Shown piece after piece: positions 19,662-30,020 of a DNA stretch of 64,000 nucleotides; positions within the stretch are counted from its first letter, which is position 1; the number at the start of each line of letters is the position of its first letter. The translations under genes were made by a program, and so were the position numbers. The notes under the pieces were generated by a model that saw only the letters and a list, made by a program, of their open reading frames with translations, was not told the origin of the DNA and did not search any database. This stretch comes from an uncultured delta proteobacterium. Its GTDB lineage: Bacteria; Myxococcota_A; Polyangia; Polyangiales; Polyangiaceae. The DNA lies in contig CAWAIF010000003.1 of assembly GCA_963782055.1 (NCBI GenBank), positions 4,448,001 through 4,512,000 of the forward strand. Direction: 5' to 3'.

Positions 19662-20293
19662 TCACCATCACCGCGTTCGATCGGTCGCCCGATGGCGGCA
19701 AAGGCCTCGCACGCGACACGCGGGTGCGCTGGGCCCTCGAGGAGGTCGACCAGCCGTACGACGTTCGGCTCGTCACGTCTTCGGCGATGAAACAGCCCGC
19801 CCACCTCGCGCTGCATCCGTTCGGCAAGATCCCGACGTACGAGGAAGGCTCCCTCGTGCTCTTCGAGACGGGCGCGATCGTCCTTCATCTCGCCCAGAAG
19901 CATCGCGGCCTGCTGCCCGCCGACGCCGACGCGCGAGCCCGTGCCATCGTGTGGATGTTCGCGGCGCTCAACACGGTCGAGCCGCCCATCCTCGAGCTCT
20001 CCATCGCGAAGATTCTCGAGCGCGACAAGCCGTGGGCCGCGGAGCGCTCGCCGCTCGTGAGGGATCGCGTGCGCGACGTGATGCACCGGCTCGCGGCGCG
20101 CCTCGGCGACGCGGAGTGGCTCGATGGCGCATTCTGCGCCGGCGACCTGATGATGGTCTCTGTGCTGCTGCGGCTTCGCCCGTCGGGCATGCTCGACGAG
20201 TTCCCCACCCTCTCGGCCTTCGTCGCGCGAGGCGAAGCGCGGCCCGCGTACCAGCGCGCGTTCGCGGCGCAGCTGGCCGTGAACACCCGCTAG
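19658..20293 (+). CDS. Glutathione S-transferase family protein
   Basis: 'RVRWALEE', 'HPFGKIP', 'LFETGAI', 'RPAYQRA'. Confidence 0.92.
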   Translation: MITITAFDRSPDGGKGLARDTRVRWALEEVDQPYDVRLVTSSAMKQPAHLALHPFGKIPTYEEGSLVLFETGAIVLHLAQKHRGLLPADADARARAIVWMFAALNTVEPPILELSIAKILERDKPWAAERSPLVRDRVRDVMHRLAARLGDAEWLDGAFCAGDLMMVSVLLRLRPSGMLDEFPTLSAFVARGEARPAYQRAFAAQLAVNTR

Positions 20294-20296
20294 GGT

Positions 20297-20394
20297 GCGC
20301 ATGGGCAATGCTCGCGCGGTCGGGCGCGAAGGTCTACGAAAGCCCTCTGGTGCGAAGTGGGGCCGTCCGGTCTCGCTGGAAGGACGGACCAGGG
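20297..20394 (-). repeat. dif-like element copy 4 (complete, 98 bp)
   Basis: Minus-strand core ACTTCGCACCA-GAGGGC-TTTCGTAGACC (20331-20358) with full L and R flanks; begins 3 nt after the GST stop. Confidence 0.92.
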
Positions 20395-20486
20395 TAGCGT
20401 CCGAGCTCCAGCAGCGCGACGGCGTCGGGGCACGTCCGAAGAATGCGAACGTGTGCTGCGTTGACCGGGCGGGTACGCTCCATACC

Positions 20487-21440
20487 GTGGACGACACCGT
20501 CGACGAGCTGGCGAACACCCTTGCCGCGACCCTGACCGTCGGGAGCCCCGTGGACGTCAAGGGCACGCTGGTGCCGGTGCGCGTCCGCCCGAGCCGCGCC
20601 ATCGCCGCGGCATCCGGCATCGACCTGGGCACCACCATCGGCACGGGCGGCATGGGCGTGGTGCGCGAGGGCGTGCAGCGCTCGCTCGAGCGCGTCGTCG
20701 CGGTCAAGACGCTGCGCGACGAGCTGCGAGGGCACACCGAGCCGGCGGCCGAGCTGCTGCGCGAGGCGCGCCTGACCGGCACGCTGGAGCACCCCAACGT
20801 GGTGCCGGTGCACGACGTGGGCGTGGACGAGCACGGGGCGCCGATGATCGTGCTCAAGCGCATCAGCGGCATCACGTGGAGCGAGCTCATCCGCGACGCC
20901 GACCGCGTGCGCGAGCTCGCACCCTCCGGCGACCTGCTGGAGTGGAACTTGCGCACGCTCATGCAGGTGGCGAGCGCCATCCACTTCGCCCACAGCCGCG
21001 GCGTGATCCACCGCGACCTCAAGCCGGACAACGTGATGATCGGGGAGTTCGGGGAGACCTACGTGGTCGACTGGGGGATCGCGGTGCCGCTCGAGGACCT
21101 GAAGGCGGGCGCGACGGCGAGCAGCCCGGCGGGCACGCCTTGCTACATGGCCCCGGAGATGCTCGGCCAGGACGGCCCGCCGCCGCCGTCGGTTGCGACG
21201 GACGTCTACCTGCTCGGGGGGGTGCTCTTCGAGATCGTCAGCGGGCATCCTCCGCACGACGGTACCGGGCTCGTCGACGTGCTGCGCAAGATCCTCACGG
21301 TCGACCCCGAGCCGCCCGCGGACGCGCCGGAGGAGCTCGCGGCGATCCTTCGACCAGCCCCTCCAGGCCGTTCGCGTCGCCTTTCGCGCCCGACCGCGCT
21401 AGGATTTCCTATGCGCCAGGTCCAGGAACGCTTCGGTTGA
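20487..21440 (+). pseudogene. Ser/Thr protein kinase, truncated near 21350
   Basis: 'IGTGGMGVV', 'VAVK', 'IHRDLKPDNVM', 'DWG', 'GTPCYMAPE'; kinase sequence ends at 'ELAAILR' and the ORF reads through element copy 5. Confidence 0.85.
21381..21416 (+). repeat. dif-like element copy 5 (R flank)
   Basis: ctttcgcgcccgaccgcgctaggatttcctatgcgc, identical to copy 1 at 4148-4183. Confidence 0.92.
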
Positions 21441-21454
21441 GCGAGGTTCTTGCC

Positions 21455-22396
21455 ATGCTCGATCGATTGAACGCGGTGCCATGGGATACGCTGGCCACGG
21501 TCTACCAGAGAGGTTCCGACCTTCCGAAGCTGCTGAAGAAGCTGACGTCGCGATCGGAATCGGTGCGACAGCAGGCCATGTTCGACCTACGTGAGGAGCT
21601 GTTGCACCAGGGCCACGTGATGCCCGAGGCCGCGGCGGCGGTGGCACCGTTTCTGATGGAGTTCGTCCAGGCTCCGAAGATGTCGGAGCGTGCCGCCGCT
21701 CTCCGCATGCTGGCGGATATGGCCGCGTGGGGATCGACGTTCCACTATCTCACTGGTGCCGTTGGTGAGCCCTTCCGCGACCTGATTGCTTCCGTCATCG
21801 ATCCCCATCCGCAGGCCTGGCGCTCGCTGCTGCGCGACGCGGATCCACGCGTGGTCGCGGCGACGACGGCGGTCGTCGCATTCGCGAGCAGCGGTGGCGA
21901 TTGGGTCGAGCCGCTGAGCCAGCTCGCCTCATCGGGCGATCCCCTGGTGCGCTGCAGCGCCCTGCTCGCGCTCCACGTGCTCGGCAAGCGCGGCGTCAAC
22001 GTGGAGGCGGCGCCCTTTGCGGCCGCGATGTCCAGCTCCGATCGCCTGGTCGAGAGCGCGGCGCTGATCGGGCTGACGCGCGCCGATCCCTCCCGGTTGG
22101 ACGACGAAGCGTTTCTCCAAGCCGCCGAACTCGCCGAGCCGAGGCCGCCAGTGGAGGGCCTCCCTTGGGGCGACGGACACCTCGACCATCTGGTGGCCCA
22201 GGCGGTCTCGGCCGTCGCGTTGGCGGCGCAGCGTTTGGACGTCGTCTGGCTCTTCATCGACGCTCGCTCTGGCGCGCTCCTGGGCTCCCACGAGCTCGCG
22301 GCCGAGCTGGTGGCTCGACAGAATCGCGCCCTGGGACGGCCCGCGCCTGCGTCGCGCCGACGACCTCGCACCGGCGGAACGCGAGCTCCTGGTTGA
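21455..22396 (+). CDS. HEAT-repeat-like alpha-helical protein
   Basis: 'LDRLNAVPWDTL...DLPKLLKKL...LLHQG', 'LLRDADPRV', 'DPLVRCSALLAL'; possibly one frameshifted gene with 22398..23300. Confidence 0.6.
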   Translation: MLDRLNAVPWDTLATVYQRGSDLPKLLKKLTSRSESVRQQAMFDLREELLHQGHVMPEAAAAVAPFLMEFVQAPKMSERAAALRMLADMAAWGSTFHYLTGAVGEPFRDLIASVIDPHPQAWRSLLRDADPRVVAATTAVVAFASSGGDWVEPLSQLASSGDPLVRCSALLALHVLGKRGVNVEAAPFAAAMSSSDRLVESAALIGLTRADPSRLDDEAFLQAAELAEPRPPVEGLPWGDGHLDHLVAQAVSAVALAAQRLDVVWLFIDARSGALLGSHELAAELVARQNRALGRPAPASRRRPRTGGTRAPG

Positions 22397-22397
22397 G

Positions 22398-23300
22398 TTG
22401 GCGCGACGCGGCATGCTGACGCGTGCCATGGAACCTGTCCTCCACAGAGCGGGGCTCTTCCCTTCCCTCGCGCCGCTGGCCAGGCTCCTGGGCGTGGCGG
22501 GCCAGGGGCCCCTCGACGCGATTGTGGACACCGAGCCACTTTGGCGCAGCTTCAACGATCATCTCAACGGTCGCCTCGGCATGGCCGAGCTCGAGAAGAG
22601 CGTGGACCACATGGCATGCGAAGCCGACGATCTCTTCGAGCTGATGTTCGACGTGGTCACAGGGTACCCCGTGGCGCTCCTGTGGCCGATCTCGGAGCGC
22701 GGCGACGCGAACCTCGCGGGCGGATGCGAGGTGGCATCGTCGTTACTTGCCCGAGGGATCTCCCGAGAACGGATCGCGGCCGAGCTTCGCGAACCACGCA
22801 CGGGCAAGCCCCAACACCCTCTCGTTCACCTCTGGGTTACCGCTCTGCTGCTCGCGCTCGCGAGAACGTCCGACGCGGAACTCCTCGTCCGCGACCCGGA
22901 ACTCCACGAGCGCTTCCTCCATGCCGCCGACACCACCGCCTCGTGGTCGATCGAGATCGCTCGGCGCGTGGTGGAGCTGCAGAGCGCGGATCTGCGCTGG
23001 CAGCTGGTCAAGACGCTCCCCTTCTACCAGCACTGGAGCTCCCTCGATCGCAGGCGGGTCGTCCGCGGCGCCTGGAGCTTCACCGATTTCGTGCCAGCAG
23101 TGCCGGAAGCGGCGGAATGGCTGCTCGACGCACTCGAACAGTGCGAGCCGGAAGCGACCCCCATCGACAGGCTCGCAGAAGGCATCGCGCATCTCGGCGA
23201 GGCCTGGACGCAGGCATTCGACCAGCGGCGCTCGCGCCTGGCACCCCACCAGCTCGAAGCGGCGGCGCAGGCGAGACGAGCAATCGGAGCTTCCCGATGA
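22398..23300 (+). CDS. hypothetical protein
   Basis: 300-aa ORF with protein-like composition, directly after the previous ORF. Confidence 0.5.
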   Translation: MARRGMLTRAMEPVLHRAGLFPSLAPLARLLGVAGQGPLDAIVDTEPLWRSFNDHLNGRLGMAELEKSVDHMACEADDLFELMFDVVTGYPVALLWPISERGDANLAGGCEVASSLLARGISRERIAAELREPRTGKPQHPLVHLWVTALLLALARTSDAELLVRDPELHERFLHAADTTASWSIEIARRVVELQSADLRWQLVKTLPFYQHWSSLDRRRVVRGAWSFTDFVPAVPEAAEWLLDALEQCEPEATPIDRLAEGIAHLGEAWTQAFDQRRSRLAPHQLEAAAQARRAIGASR

Positions 23301-23429
23301 GGCAACGACCAGGTCGCCACGATCGGGCTGGGGCGGAGCCGCTTGAATCGAATGTGGATGTTGTCCTTGCCTGACTGCGTTCCGTTCGTAGTTGTCGCTG
23401 GGGTAGTTGTCGTCGTCGAGGCTGTCGGT

Positions 23430-23525
23430 GCTCCTCTCTTCTTGGCTTGATCCGCCCTCACGCTCCCGCTGGTCATCTCCAGGATGACCGAGTGATGCAC
23501 GAGGCGGTCGATGGCCAGCTTCTCG
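23430..23525 (-). pseudogene. IS21 IstB C-terminal fragment
   Basis: 'AIDRLVHHSVILEMTSGSVR'. Confidence 0.7.
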
Positions 23526-23697
23526 TGCGCGGGGGCGAGGTCGGCAGAGAAGTCCGCTCCGAGGTTGCGAGTTGCTCGGTCGAATGACGCCAGCACGTCG
23601 TTGACTGCCCATGCCATGTCACCCTCGTGGCTCCTACCACCCTGCGACGAGAGCGCACGTCACTCGGGCGCACCGTCGCCTCCTGAAAGTCGGCCCA

Positions 23698-23795
23698 GCG
23701 CACCGGAAGTCGTCGCGCGATCGAGCGAGGAGGGGGACATGGTCCCCGTGATGCGAAGTGGGGCCGTCCGGTCTCACCGGAACGACGGACCAGAG
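23698..23795 (-). repeat. dif-like element copy 6 (complete length, right arm decayed)
   Basis: gcgcaccggaagtcgtcgcgcgatcgagcgagga-gggggacatgg-tccccg-TGATGCGAAGT-ggggccgtccggtctcaccggaacgacggaccagag; exact 34+28+36 spacing. Confidence 0.85.
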
Positions 23796-23829
23796 TGGGA
23801 GCACGAGCGGCCGCCCGGCGCGCGACGCC

Positions 23830-24306
23830 TCACTTGCTCTGCTTGGTGTACGTCCCGGTGCTGGCCGCGGTGCACCCCGTCCCATCGTCCGCCGCGGATT
23901 CCTTCGACGTCAGCGTCGACTTGTCGTCGCTCAGGGTCAGCGTCCAGGAGTCGAGCTTCACCGTTTCCCCGGCGTCCACCGTGCAACTCTGCCCGGCGCG
24001 TGCCGTCGCGACGTTCCCCGAGAGGTCGAAGTCGAACGGGCAAGGCGTCGTGGAGCTGGAGACCGCGAGCGCCGAGCCCGTGCCTGCGGCGATCACGATG
24101 GTGTGCGCAACGGTGTCCGATTGCAGTCCACCGTCACACATGAACGTCACCGTGTCGGTGCCCTGCCACGTGCCGATGAGCTCGGCTGCGGCGCTGCCGC
24201 CGTCGCCGCTCGCTCCGCCGGGGTCGGTGCTCCCGGAGCTGCCGCAGGCAGCCGAACCGATCACGGCGATCCACGCCGTCACGATCGTCAACGCGATGCG
24301 CTTCAT
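23830..24306 (-). CDS. putative lipoprotein
   Basis: MKRIALTIVTAWIAVIGSAAC, then 'ELIGTW' and a beta-rich domain. Confidence 0.75.
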   Translation of the reverse strand: MKRIALTIVTAWIAVIGSAACGSSGSTDPGGASGDGGSAAAELIGTWQGTDTVTFMCDGGLQSDTVAHTIVIAAGTGSALAVSSSTTPCPFDFDLSGNVATARAGQSCTVDAGETVKLDSWTLTLSDDKSTLTSKESAADDGTGCTAASTGTYTKQSK

Positions 24307-24464
24307 GGTTTCGTCGCTCCTTGTGCTGCGCGGCTGGTCCGCGCGCGCCGTGGCCGTGCGGACCTCCGCAGGTGCGTCGATGCACGCGCGGCTGCCGCAC
24401 GACAACGCCATTAGCAGCGCGCGCGACGAGCGTCACAGCCAAGGGGCTGGACTGGACACATTCG

Positions 24465-25751
24465 TCACGCCGTGCGTTCCCGGAGCAGCACCCCCAGCTC
24501 GATGCGCGTGCCCACGCCGAGCCGCGCGTACGCTCGTCGCAGCTGGTTCGAGACGGTGTACCGTGAGAGCCCGAGCCGCTCGGCGATGTCCCGGTCCCCG
24601 AGGCCGGTGAGCGCAAGCTCCACGGCCCGCTGCTGCGCGGGAGTCAATGCCGCCAGCGCGCCGACAGGCTCTCGGGACGAGGCAGTGTCCAGGTCGAAGG
24701 CCAGGACCGCCACGTCAGGAGCGAGATCATGCGCCCGCAGCCGGCGTGCCGGCATCAGCTCGAGTGCCGCGCCACCCCCGCCGGGCGCCGGGTGGGAGGC
24801 CCGGAACGCTCGCGTCAGGGCGACGTGAGAGGGGAGCGCGAGCTTCCCGAGCGCCGCCGCGAGCTGGTTGGCGACGGTGCTGCGACTCACGCCGAGCGTG
24901 TAACCAATCCACTTCTCGCTGCGGCCGTCGCTCGCGAAGGCGGCGACCAGGGCCTCTCGGGGCGTGAGTGCGCGGCCGTCGCGCGAGGGGCGCGCGTGGG
25001 GCATGGCGATGACGTACCGGCGCCCCGCCGCTTCATGACGATCGATGCAGGACCACGATCCGTGCACGAGACCGCGCCAGACCTCACGAGCACGCTCGTC
25101 GGACGACGCGGGGCCACGCTCGCCCATGTCCACGGCACGGGCCGCGCCGCGCAGTCGCTCCACGACGGAGGGCGCCGGCGCCGGCGTCTCGAGGCAGGGC
25201 GAACCGGTGTCGTCACTCGACGACCTGGCCAGCGCCAGGGCCCTGGTCTGGACACGAAGGGCGCTCTCGAAGCGACGAGAAGCGACCTGCCAGAGCCGAC
25301 CGCTCCAGGGCGTCGCCAGCGGGCGCCGGGTGATCAAGCCGAGGCTCACCCAGAGGTCATTCCCGTCGTGCGCGGTGACGTGCAACATGTCGTGGACGCC
25401 CGCGCGCGTGAAGCGCTGGACGAGTTGCTGGAGGTAGGCGTCACGGTCGGCGGACGAGAGCGTCTGGCGCGTACCACGCGGCCCGTTGGTGGAGAGCAGG
25501 AAGTCCAGCCGGTGCGCGGACCGCAGCCGATGCGTCTCGTAGGCGTCGTGGACGCGAGGGTCGTCGACGTGGATGGCGTAGTCCCCCATGGTCGTTCCCT
25601 GCCGGGCGTCCAGGATCCGCCCGACCGCACCATACTGCTCGGGCAGCAGGGTCGAGGCCCCGGACGTCAGCCCGTCGAGCCACTCCTGCAGGCTGTCCTT
25701 GACGCAGTACGCCGACTGGAGCGCCGCCAGGAAGTCGTGTCGTGCCTTCAT
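24465..25751 (-). CDS. LuxR-type regulator with two HTH domains
   Basis: 'LTPREALVAAF...IGYTLGVSRSTV' and 'LTPAQQRAVELA...IAERLGLSRYTVSNQLRRAYARLGV'; start taken at MKARHD. Confidence 0.8.
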   Translation of the reverse strand: MKARHDFLAALQSAYCVKDSLQEWLDGLTSGASTLLPEQYGAVGRILDARQGTTMGDYAIHVDDPRVHDAYETHRLRSAHRLDFLLSTNGPRGTRQTLSSADRDAYLQQLVQRFTRAGVHDMLHVTAHDGNDLWVSLGLITRRPLATPWSGRLWQVASRRFESALRVQTRALALARSSSDDTGSPCLETPAPAPSVVERLRGAARAVDMGERGPASSDERAREVWRGLVHGSWSCIDRHEAAGRRYVIAMPHARPSRDGRALTPREALVAAFASDGRSEKWIGYTLGVSRSTVANQLAAALGKLALPSHVALTRAFRASHPAPGGGGAALELMPARRLRAHDLAPDVAVLAFDLDTASSREPVGALAALTPAQQRAVELALTGLGDRDIAERLGLSRYTVSNQLRRAYARLGVGTRIELGVLLRERTA

Positions 25752-26217
25752 CTCTTCAAGTCGGGCCCCGCGCCTCGTCACGCTCCGGCATGCCCGGTTC
25801 CCCGCGGGATACGGGGCGACTCTAGCGCCGACCAGCTCATCCGCCAATCGTACGCTCCCGCCTCGCGCCCCCCCCGAGTCGAGCGGAGCTCCGTGCCCGA
25901 CGACGCGCCGCATCGTCTCCGGCCCGGTGACGGCCACGAACTCGCCGGCCCAGAGGTCCAGGCTGACGGAGCGGAGGTCGTGCGTGCGCCGCGGCACCGT
26001 CGGGGCTCCCCGAGGGCGAGTCGCTGCACGCAGCGGCGCCGTACCCTTGCTCATCGCGAAGAGCGCGCCTTGGCGTTGCATCATTTACAGTGTATATATT
26101 GCGCGAAGACTCGTCGCGAGTCGCGACCCCGTCTGATCCGGAGCTGCAACGTGCGCGCCAGTTTCGCCTCCTCAACGTTGATGCGCCAGCCGCGGCGCGT
26201 ACGGGTAAGATGACATC

Positions 26218-28251
26218 ATGCCGTCCTGGTCGGCATCTCTCGGGTTTGCTCTTCTCTGCGGCTGCACGCTGCTGACGCCGCTCGACGATCTCGCGTCGGG
26301 CGGCCACGCCGTCGGCGGGACGGTCGACGGTCTCGCCGGCGCCCACGTCGGCGTCGTCCTCAACGGCGGGCCGCCCCTCGACGTCACCGACGGGTCGTTC
26401 ACCTTCCCCGCGCGCCTGGCAGACGGCGCCGCGTACGTGGTCACCGTCTCGAACCCGCCCGCCGCTCACGTCTGCGCGGTGCAGAGAGGCAGCGGCGTCG
26501 TCGCGGGCGCGGACGTCTCGGTGGCCGTTCACTGTCCCTCCACCGTCACCACGCTGAGCGACCTCTCGCTCTCCGCCGGCGCGCTCTCGCCGGCGTTCGA
26601 TCCCGCCGAGCTCACCTACGACGTCGGCCCGATCGACAGCCGCCTGCTCGGCTCGCCCACCACCACGGTCACGGCGACGACGAGCGCCGCGAACGCGACG
26701 CTCACCATCGACGGCGCACCGGCGATCTCGGGCGTCGCGAGCGCGCCGATCGCGCTCGGCCCCGGCGCGAACCCGATCCCGGTCGTCGTCACGACACCCG
26801 ACGGCGCGACCCAGGCGAAGTACGTGGTGACCGCCACGACGTCCCCGCAAGTCGACTACGTCAAGGCGTCGAACACGCGCAGCGGCGACAACTTCGGAAC
26901 GGCGGTCGCGATCGACGGCGATACGCTGGTCGTCGGCGCGGCCAACGAGTCGAGCGGGGCCAGCGGCGTCGGCGCCAACCAGAACGACACCTCCGCGCCG
27001 ATGGCGGGCGCGGTCTACGTCTACGTGCGTGTGGGCTCGACGTGGACGCAGCAGGCGTACATCAAGGCGTCCAACGCGCGTGCCTCGGCGCTGTTCGGGC
27101 GAGCGGTCGCGCTCTCGGGCGACACGCTCGTCGTCGGCGCGCCGGGCGAGTCGAGCAACGCGACCGGGATCAACGGCAACCAGGCCGACACCTCGGCGCC
27201 CAACAAAGGCGCGGCCTACGTCTTCACGCGCACCGGCGCCGTGTGGAAGCAGACCGCGTACCTGAAGCCGTCGAACGCGGGCGGATACTTCGGCGTGACC
27301 GTCGCCCTCTCCGGCAACACCCTCGTCGTCGGCGCGCCGAGCGAGGCGAGCAACGCGCGCGGCGTGAACGGCGACCAGACCAACAGCCTCACGCCTTACG
27401 CGGGCGCTGCGTACGTGTTCGTGTCGTCGAATGGCTCCTGGCAACAGCAGGCGTACCTCAAGGCGTCCAACACCCTCGCGGCGGCAGGCCCAGGCGAGGG
27501 GCTCTTCGGGTGCGACGTCTCTCTCGTGGGCGACACGCTCGCGGTCGGCGCTTACGGCGAGGGGAGCGCCGGCAAGGGTATCGGCGCAAACCAAGACAAC
27601 GACAAATCGTTCAATCAAGCCGGAGCCGTCTACGTGTTCCAGCGCTCGGGCACCGCGTGGGCGCAGCAGGTCTACATCAAACCGTCGAATACCCAGCCCG
27701 ACGAGTGGTTCGGCTGGTCCGTCGCGCTCGACGGCAGCGCCGGCACGCTCTTCGTCGGCGCCGAAACCGAGAGCAGTCACGCGACGGGCGTCAACGGCGA
27801 CCAGGGCGACGAATCGATGCCCGCGGCCGGCGCGGTGTACGTCTTCGTGTCGTCCGGCGGGGCGTGGAAGCAGCAGGCGTACCTGAAGGCCTCCAACACG
27901 CGCGCGAATCAACAGTTCGGACATAGCCTCGCCGTCATCGGCGACACGCTCGTGATCGGCGCCAACGAAGAAGCCAGCAGCGGCGTCGGCGTCGGTGGCA
28001 TCCAGAACGACACCGCGGCCTTCGGCTCGGGCGCGGCGTATTGGTTCGAGCGCGCCGGCACGCAATGGGCGCAGTCCGCGTACATCAAGGCGCCCAACGC
28101 GAGCGCCAACGCGGGGTTCGGGTGGGACATGGCCGTCTCGGGGACGACGCTGGTGATCGCCGCGCGCCTCGAAGCGAGCGCGGCGATCGGTGTGAACGGC
28201 GACGAGAGCGACACCTCGGCCAACGGCGCCGGTGCCGCCTACGTGTACTGA
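26218..28251 (+). CDS. FG-GAP/integrin-like repeat lipoprotein with a cadherin-like beta-sandwich
   Basis: Lipobox LCGC; 'LSPAFDP...Y'; repeated 'QQAYLKASN...FG..VA..GDTLVVGA...GAVYVF'. Confidence 0.88.
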   Translation: MPSWSASLGFALLCGCTLLTPLDDLASGGHAVGGTVDGLAGAHVGVVLNGGPPLDVTDGSFTFPARLADGAAYVVTVSNPPAAHVCAVQRGSGVVAGADVSVAVHCPSTVTTLSDLSLSAGALSPAFDPAELTYDVGPIDSRLLGSPTTTVTATTSAANATLTIDGAPAISGVASAPIALGPGANPIPVVVTTPDGATQAKYVVTATTSPQVDYVKASNTRSGDNFGTAVAIDGDTLVVGAANESSGASGVGANQNDTSAPMAGAVYVYVRVGSTWTQQAYIKASNARASALFGRAVALSGDTLVVGAPGESSNATGINGNQADTSAPNKGAAYVFTRTGAVWKQTAYLKPSNAGGYFGVTVALSGNTLVVGAPSEASNARGVNGDQTNSLTPYAGAAYVFVSSNGSWQQQAYLKASNTLAAAGPGEGLFGCDVSLVGDTLAVGAYGEGSAGKGIGANQDNDKSFNQAGAVYVFQRSGTAWAQQVYIKPSNTQPDEWFGWSVALDGSAGTLFVGAETESSHATGVNGDQGDESMPAAGAVYVFVSSGGAWKQQAYLKASNTRANQQFGHSLAVIGDTLVIGANEEASSGVGVGGIQNDTAAFGSGAAYWFERAGTQWAQSAYIKAPNASANAGFGWDMAVSGTTLVIAARLEASAAIGVNGDESDTSANGAGAAYVY

Positions 28252-28413
28252 TCGGCCTGCCCGACGAGGACCATCCCGTTCTCGCGTTGCAGAGGCGGGT
28301 GGCCCATCGCGACCCCGTCCCGATCCCCGATCCGTTGGGTCGAAGGAGTGTCAGCTCCAGCTGAAGACGCGGCAGAGCTCCTCCTCGCGGGCGCGGCTGC
28401 GGCGGGTCATCGG

Positions 28414-28447
28414 CTCCCGCTCGACCGCGTTAGGATTTCCTATGCGC
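28414..28447 (+). repeat. dif-like element copy 7 (R flank)
   Basis: ctcccgctcgaccgcgttaggatttcctatgcgc, 30/34 match to R. Confidence 0.85.
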
Positions 28448-28538
28448 AACAACGCTAAAACTGTGGACTGAAGTGAGTGAGACGCACCTCCGCCGACAAA
28501 GTCACGCGCGGCGTTGCCGTTTGCCTTAGTGTGTGCAC

Positions 28539-29216
28539 ATGGCATCGGTGGCAACGTTCGGTAGGGGCGTGCTTCACGTCGCGGGCGCGGCGCTCGCGGT
28601 GCCGGCGTGGGTGATGGCGGCGTTCTTCGTCTCGAACGTCTACCGCAACCAGAATCACTATCTGGCCGACGACGTCGCCGGCATCCAAGGGAGCGCGCTC
28701 GGACTCGCTGCGGGAATCGTCATCTGGATCGGCCTCGCGGCGCTGTTCCGCTCGACACCCGGCACGCCGCTCGCCCCCTCGGTGCGAAGCGGCGGCTGGG
28801 GGGCCGCCGTCGGTTTGGCCGCGCTCGCGTTCGTCGGGCTTCTTCTCGTGTCGGCGGTGGTGTGGGCCGTGGCCGGCACGCAGCTCGACCCACTCCCGGT
28901 CGCACACACGCGCGCGCTCCGCGTGAGCGTCGGCGCCGGTGCTATCGAGCTCGGGAGCTTCGTGGTCTGGGTCCTCACAGCTCGCGCCATCGTTCGCTTC
29001 GCACGGACGCCCGCTTCGGTGGACCTCGCGCCGATGCGTCTGGGCTGCGGTGGCGCCGCGCTCATCGCGTGCGGCGCGCTCGCCGGCCTGGTCGCGTTCG
29101 TGAATCGGGGAGGCCTGACCCTTCCCGTCGGTTTCGCCCTCGCATTCGCCCTGATCTCGGGCGGGACCACGCTCGCCGTCCGCGCGACCCGAAGGCGCGC
29201 GCGGACGGTCGAGTGA
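28539..29216 (+). CDS. hypothetical multi-pass membrane protein
   Basis: About six hydrophobic segments. Confidence 0.7.
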   Translation: MASVATFGRGVLHVAGAALAVPAWVMAAFFVSNVYRNQNHYLADDVAGIQGSALGLAAGIVIWIGLAALFRSTPGTPLAPSVRSGGWGAAVGLAALAFVGLLLVSAVVWAVAGTQLDPLPVAHTRALRVSVGAGAIELGSFVVWVLTARAIVRFARTPASVDLAPMRLGCGGAALIACGALAGLVAFVNRGGLTLPVGFALAFALISGGTTLAVRATRRRARTVE

Positions 29217-29444
29217 CGCGCGTGCAGCCTCCTCGACACACCGCCGGGCCGGTTGTCATCGACGACTGTCGTCTCACGCCAGGCGCGCGGGAAGTGCTAG
29301 CGCGACCGGGCGCGGTGGACATGCTTACTACGCTCGACGCCATTCGAGACGAGCTCGCAAGCCTTGAGCTCGTCGTCGCCGAGGAGAAGCTCCGCAACGT
29401 CAACGAGCGCACCCTTCACGGCGGGATGAACGCGGTGCTGCAGA

Positions 29445-30020
29445 TCATCGCCCGCAAGCCGCGCTGACTTTCCTGAAACTCGCCGCGCGCAGGTCGATCA
29501 CCGTCGACTGAACGCTACCGCGCCGTGCCGAGGTCGAATTGCGGGAAGGACGGCCGCGGGGCGTCCAGGGCCGAGACCATCGACTGGAAGTCCACGTCTG
29601 GGGTCGCCGATACGCTGATAGAGCTTCCTCAAGCTCTGCAACGTCGATCCTTGCGTCCGTCGCGAGCCAGAAGACCGGTGACGGCAGACTCCGATGGAGC
29701 GGCTCGTGCCGGCAGAGCGCGTCGAGGAGTACATAGGCGCGATACCAGGGCTGTTCAGTCGGGTGTTCGAAGCTCCGGCAATCCGTCGTCGGTAGTTCGC
29801 CGAGCGCTAGCAGCGCGAGCCGGAGGACCCGACGCGCGTCGAGCCCGGCGCTCGCCTCCATGTCGACGTCGAGGTGGTCGGCCGCCCACGCGTGGGGTCG
29901 TGTCACGAGCCCCTGCGTGAACCTGGCGTAGGCCTCCGCCAGCGTGACGCCGTCGCTCACCTCCCACGCATCACCGACCTCCTCGGCGAGGACGTCCGGA
30001 ATGTCCAAGATGGCCGACCA
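29445..30020 (-). CDS. hypothetical protein (start uncertain, possibly a fragment)
   Basis: Protein-like part of ORF 29445..30242: 'AILDIPDVLAEEVGDAW...QPWYRAYVLLDALC'. Confidence 0.35.
   Translation of the reverse strand, partial: WSAILDIPDVLAEEVGDAWEVSDGVTLAEAYARFTQGLVTRPHAWAADHLDVDMEASAGLDARRVLRLALLALGELPTTDCRSFEHPTEQPWYRAYVLLDALCRHEPLHRSLPSPVFWLATDARIDVAELEEALSAYRRPQTWTSSRWSRPWTPRGRPSRNSTSARRGSVQSTVIDLRAASFRKVSAACGR

Noticed and set aside
24465..26084. 539-aa LuxR ORF with an ABC-like N-terminus as a true fusion
   Set aside because: The ABC-like stretch is about 20 aa with no complete Walker A; more likely a shard upstream of the real start near 25751.
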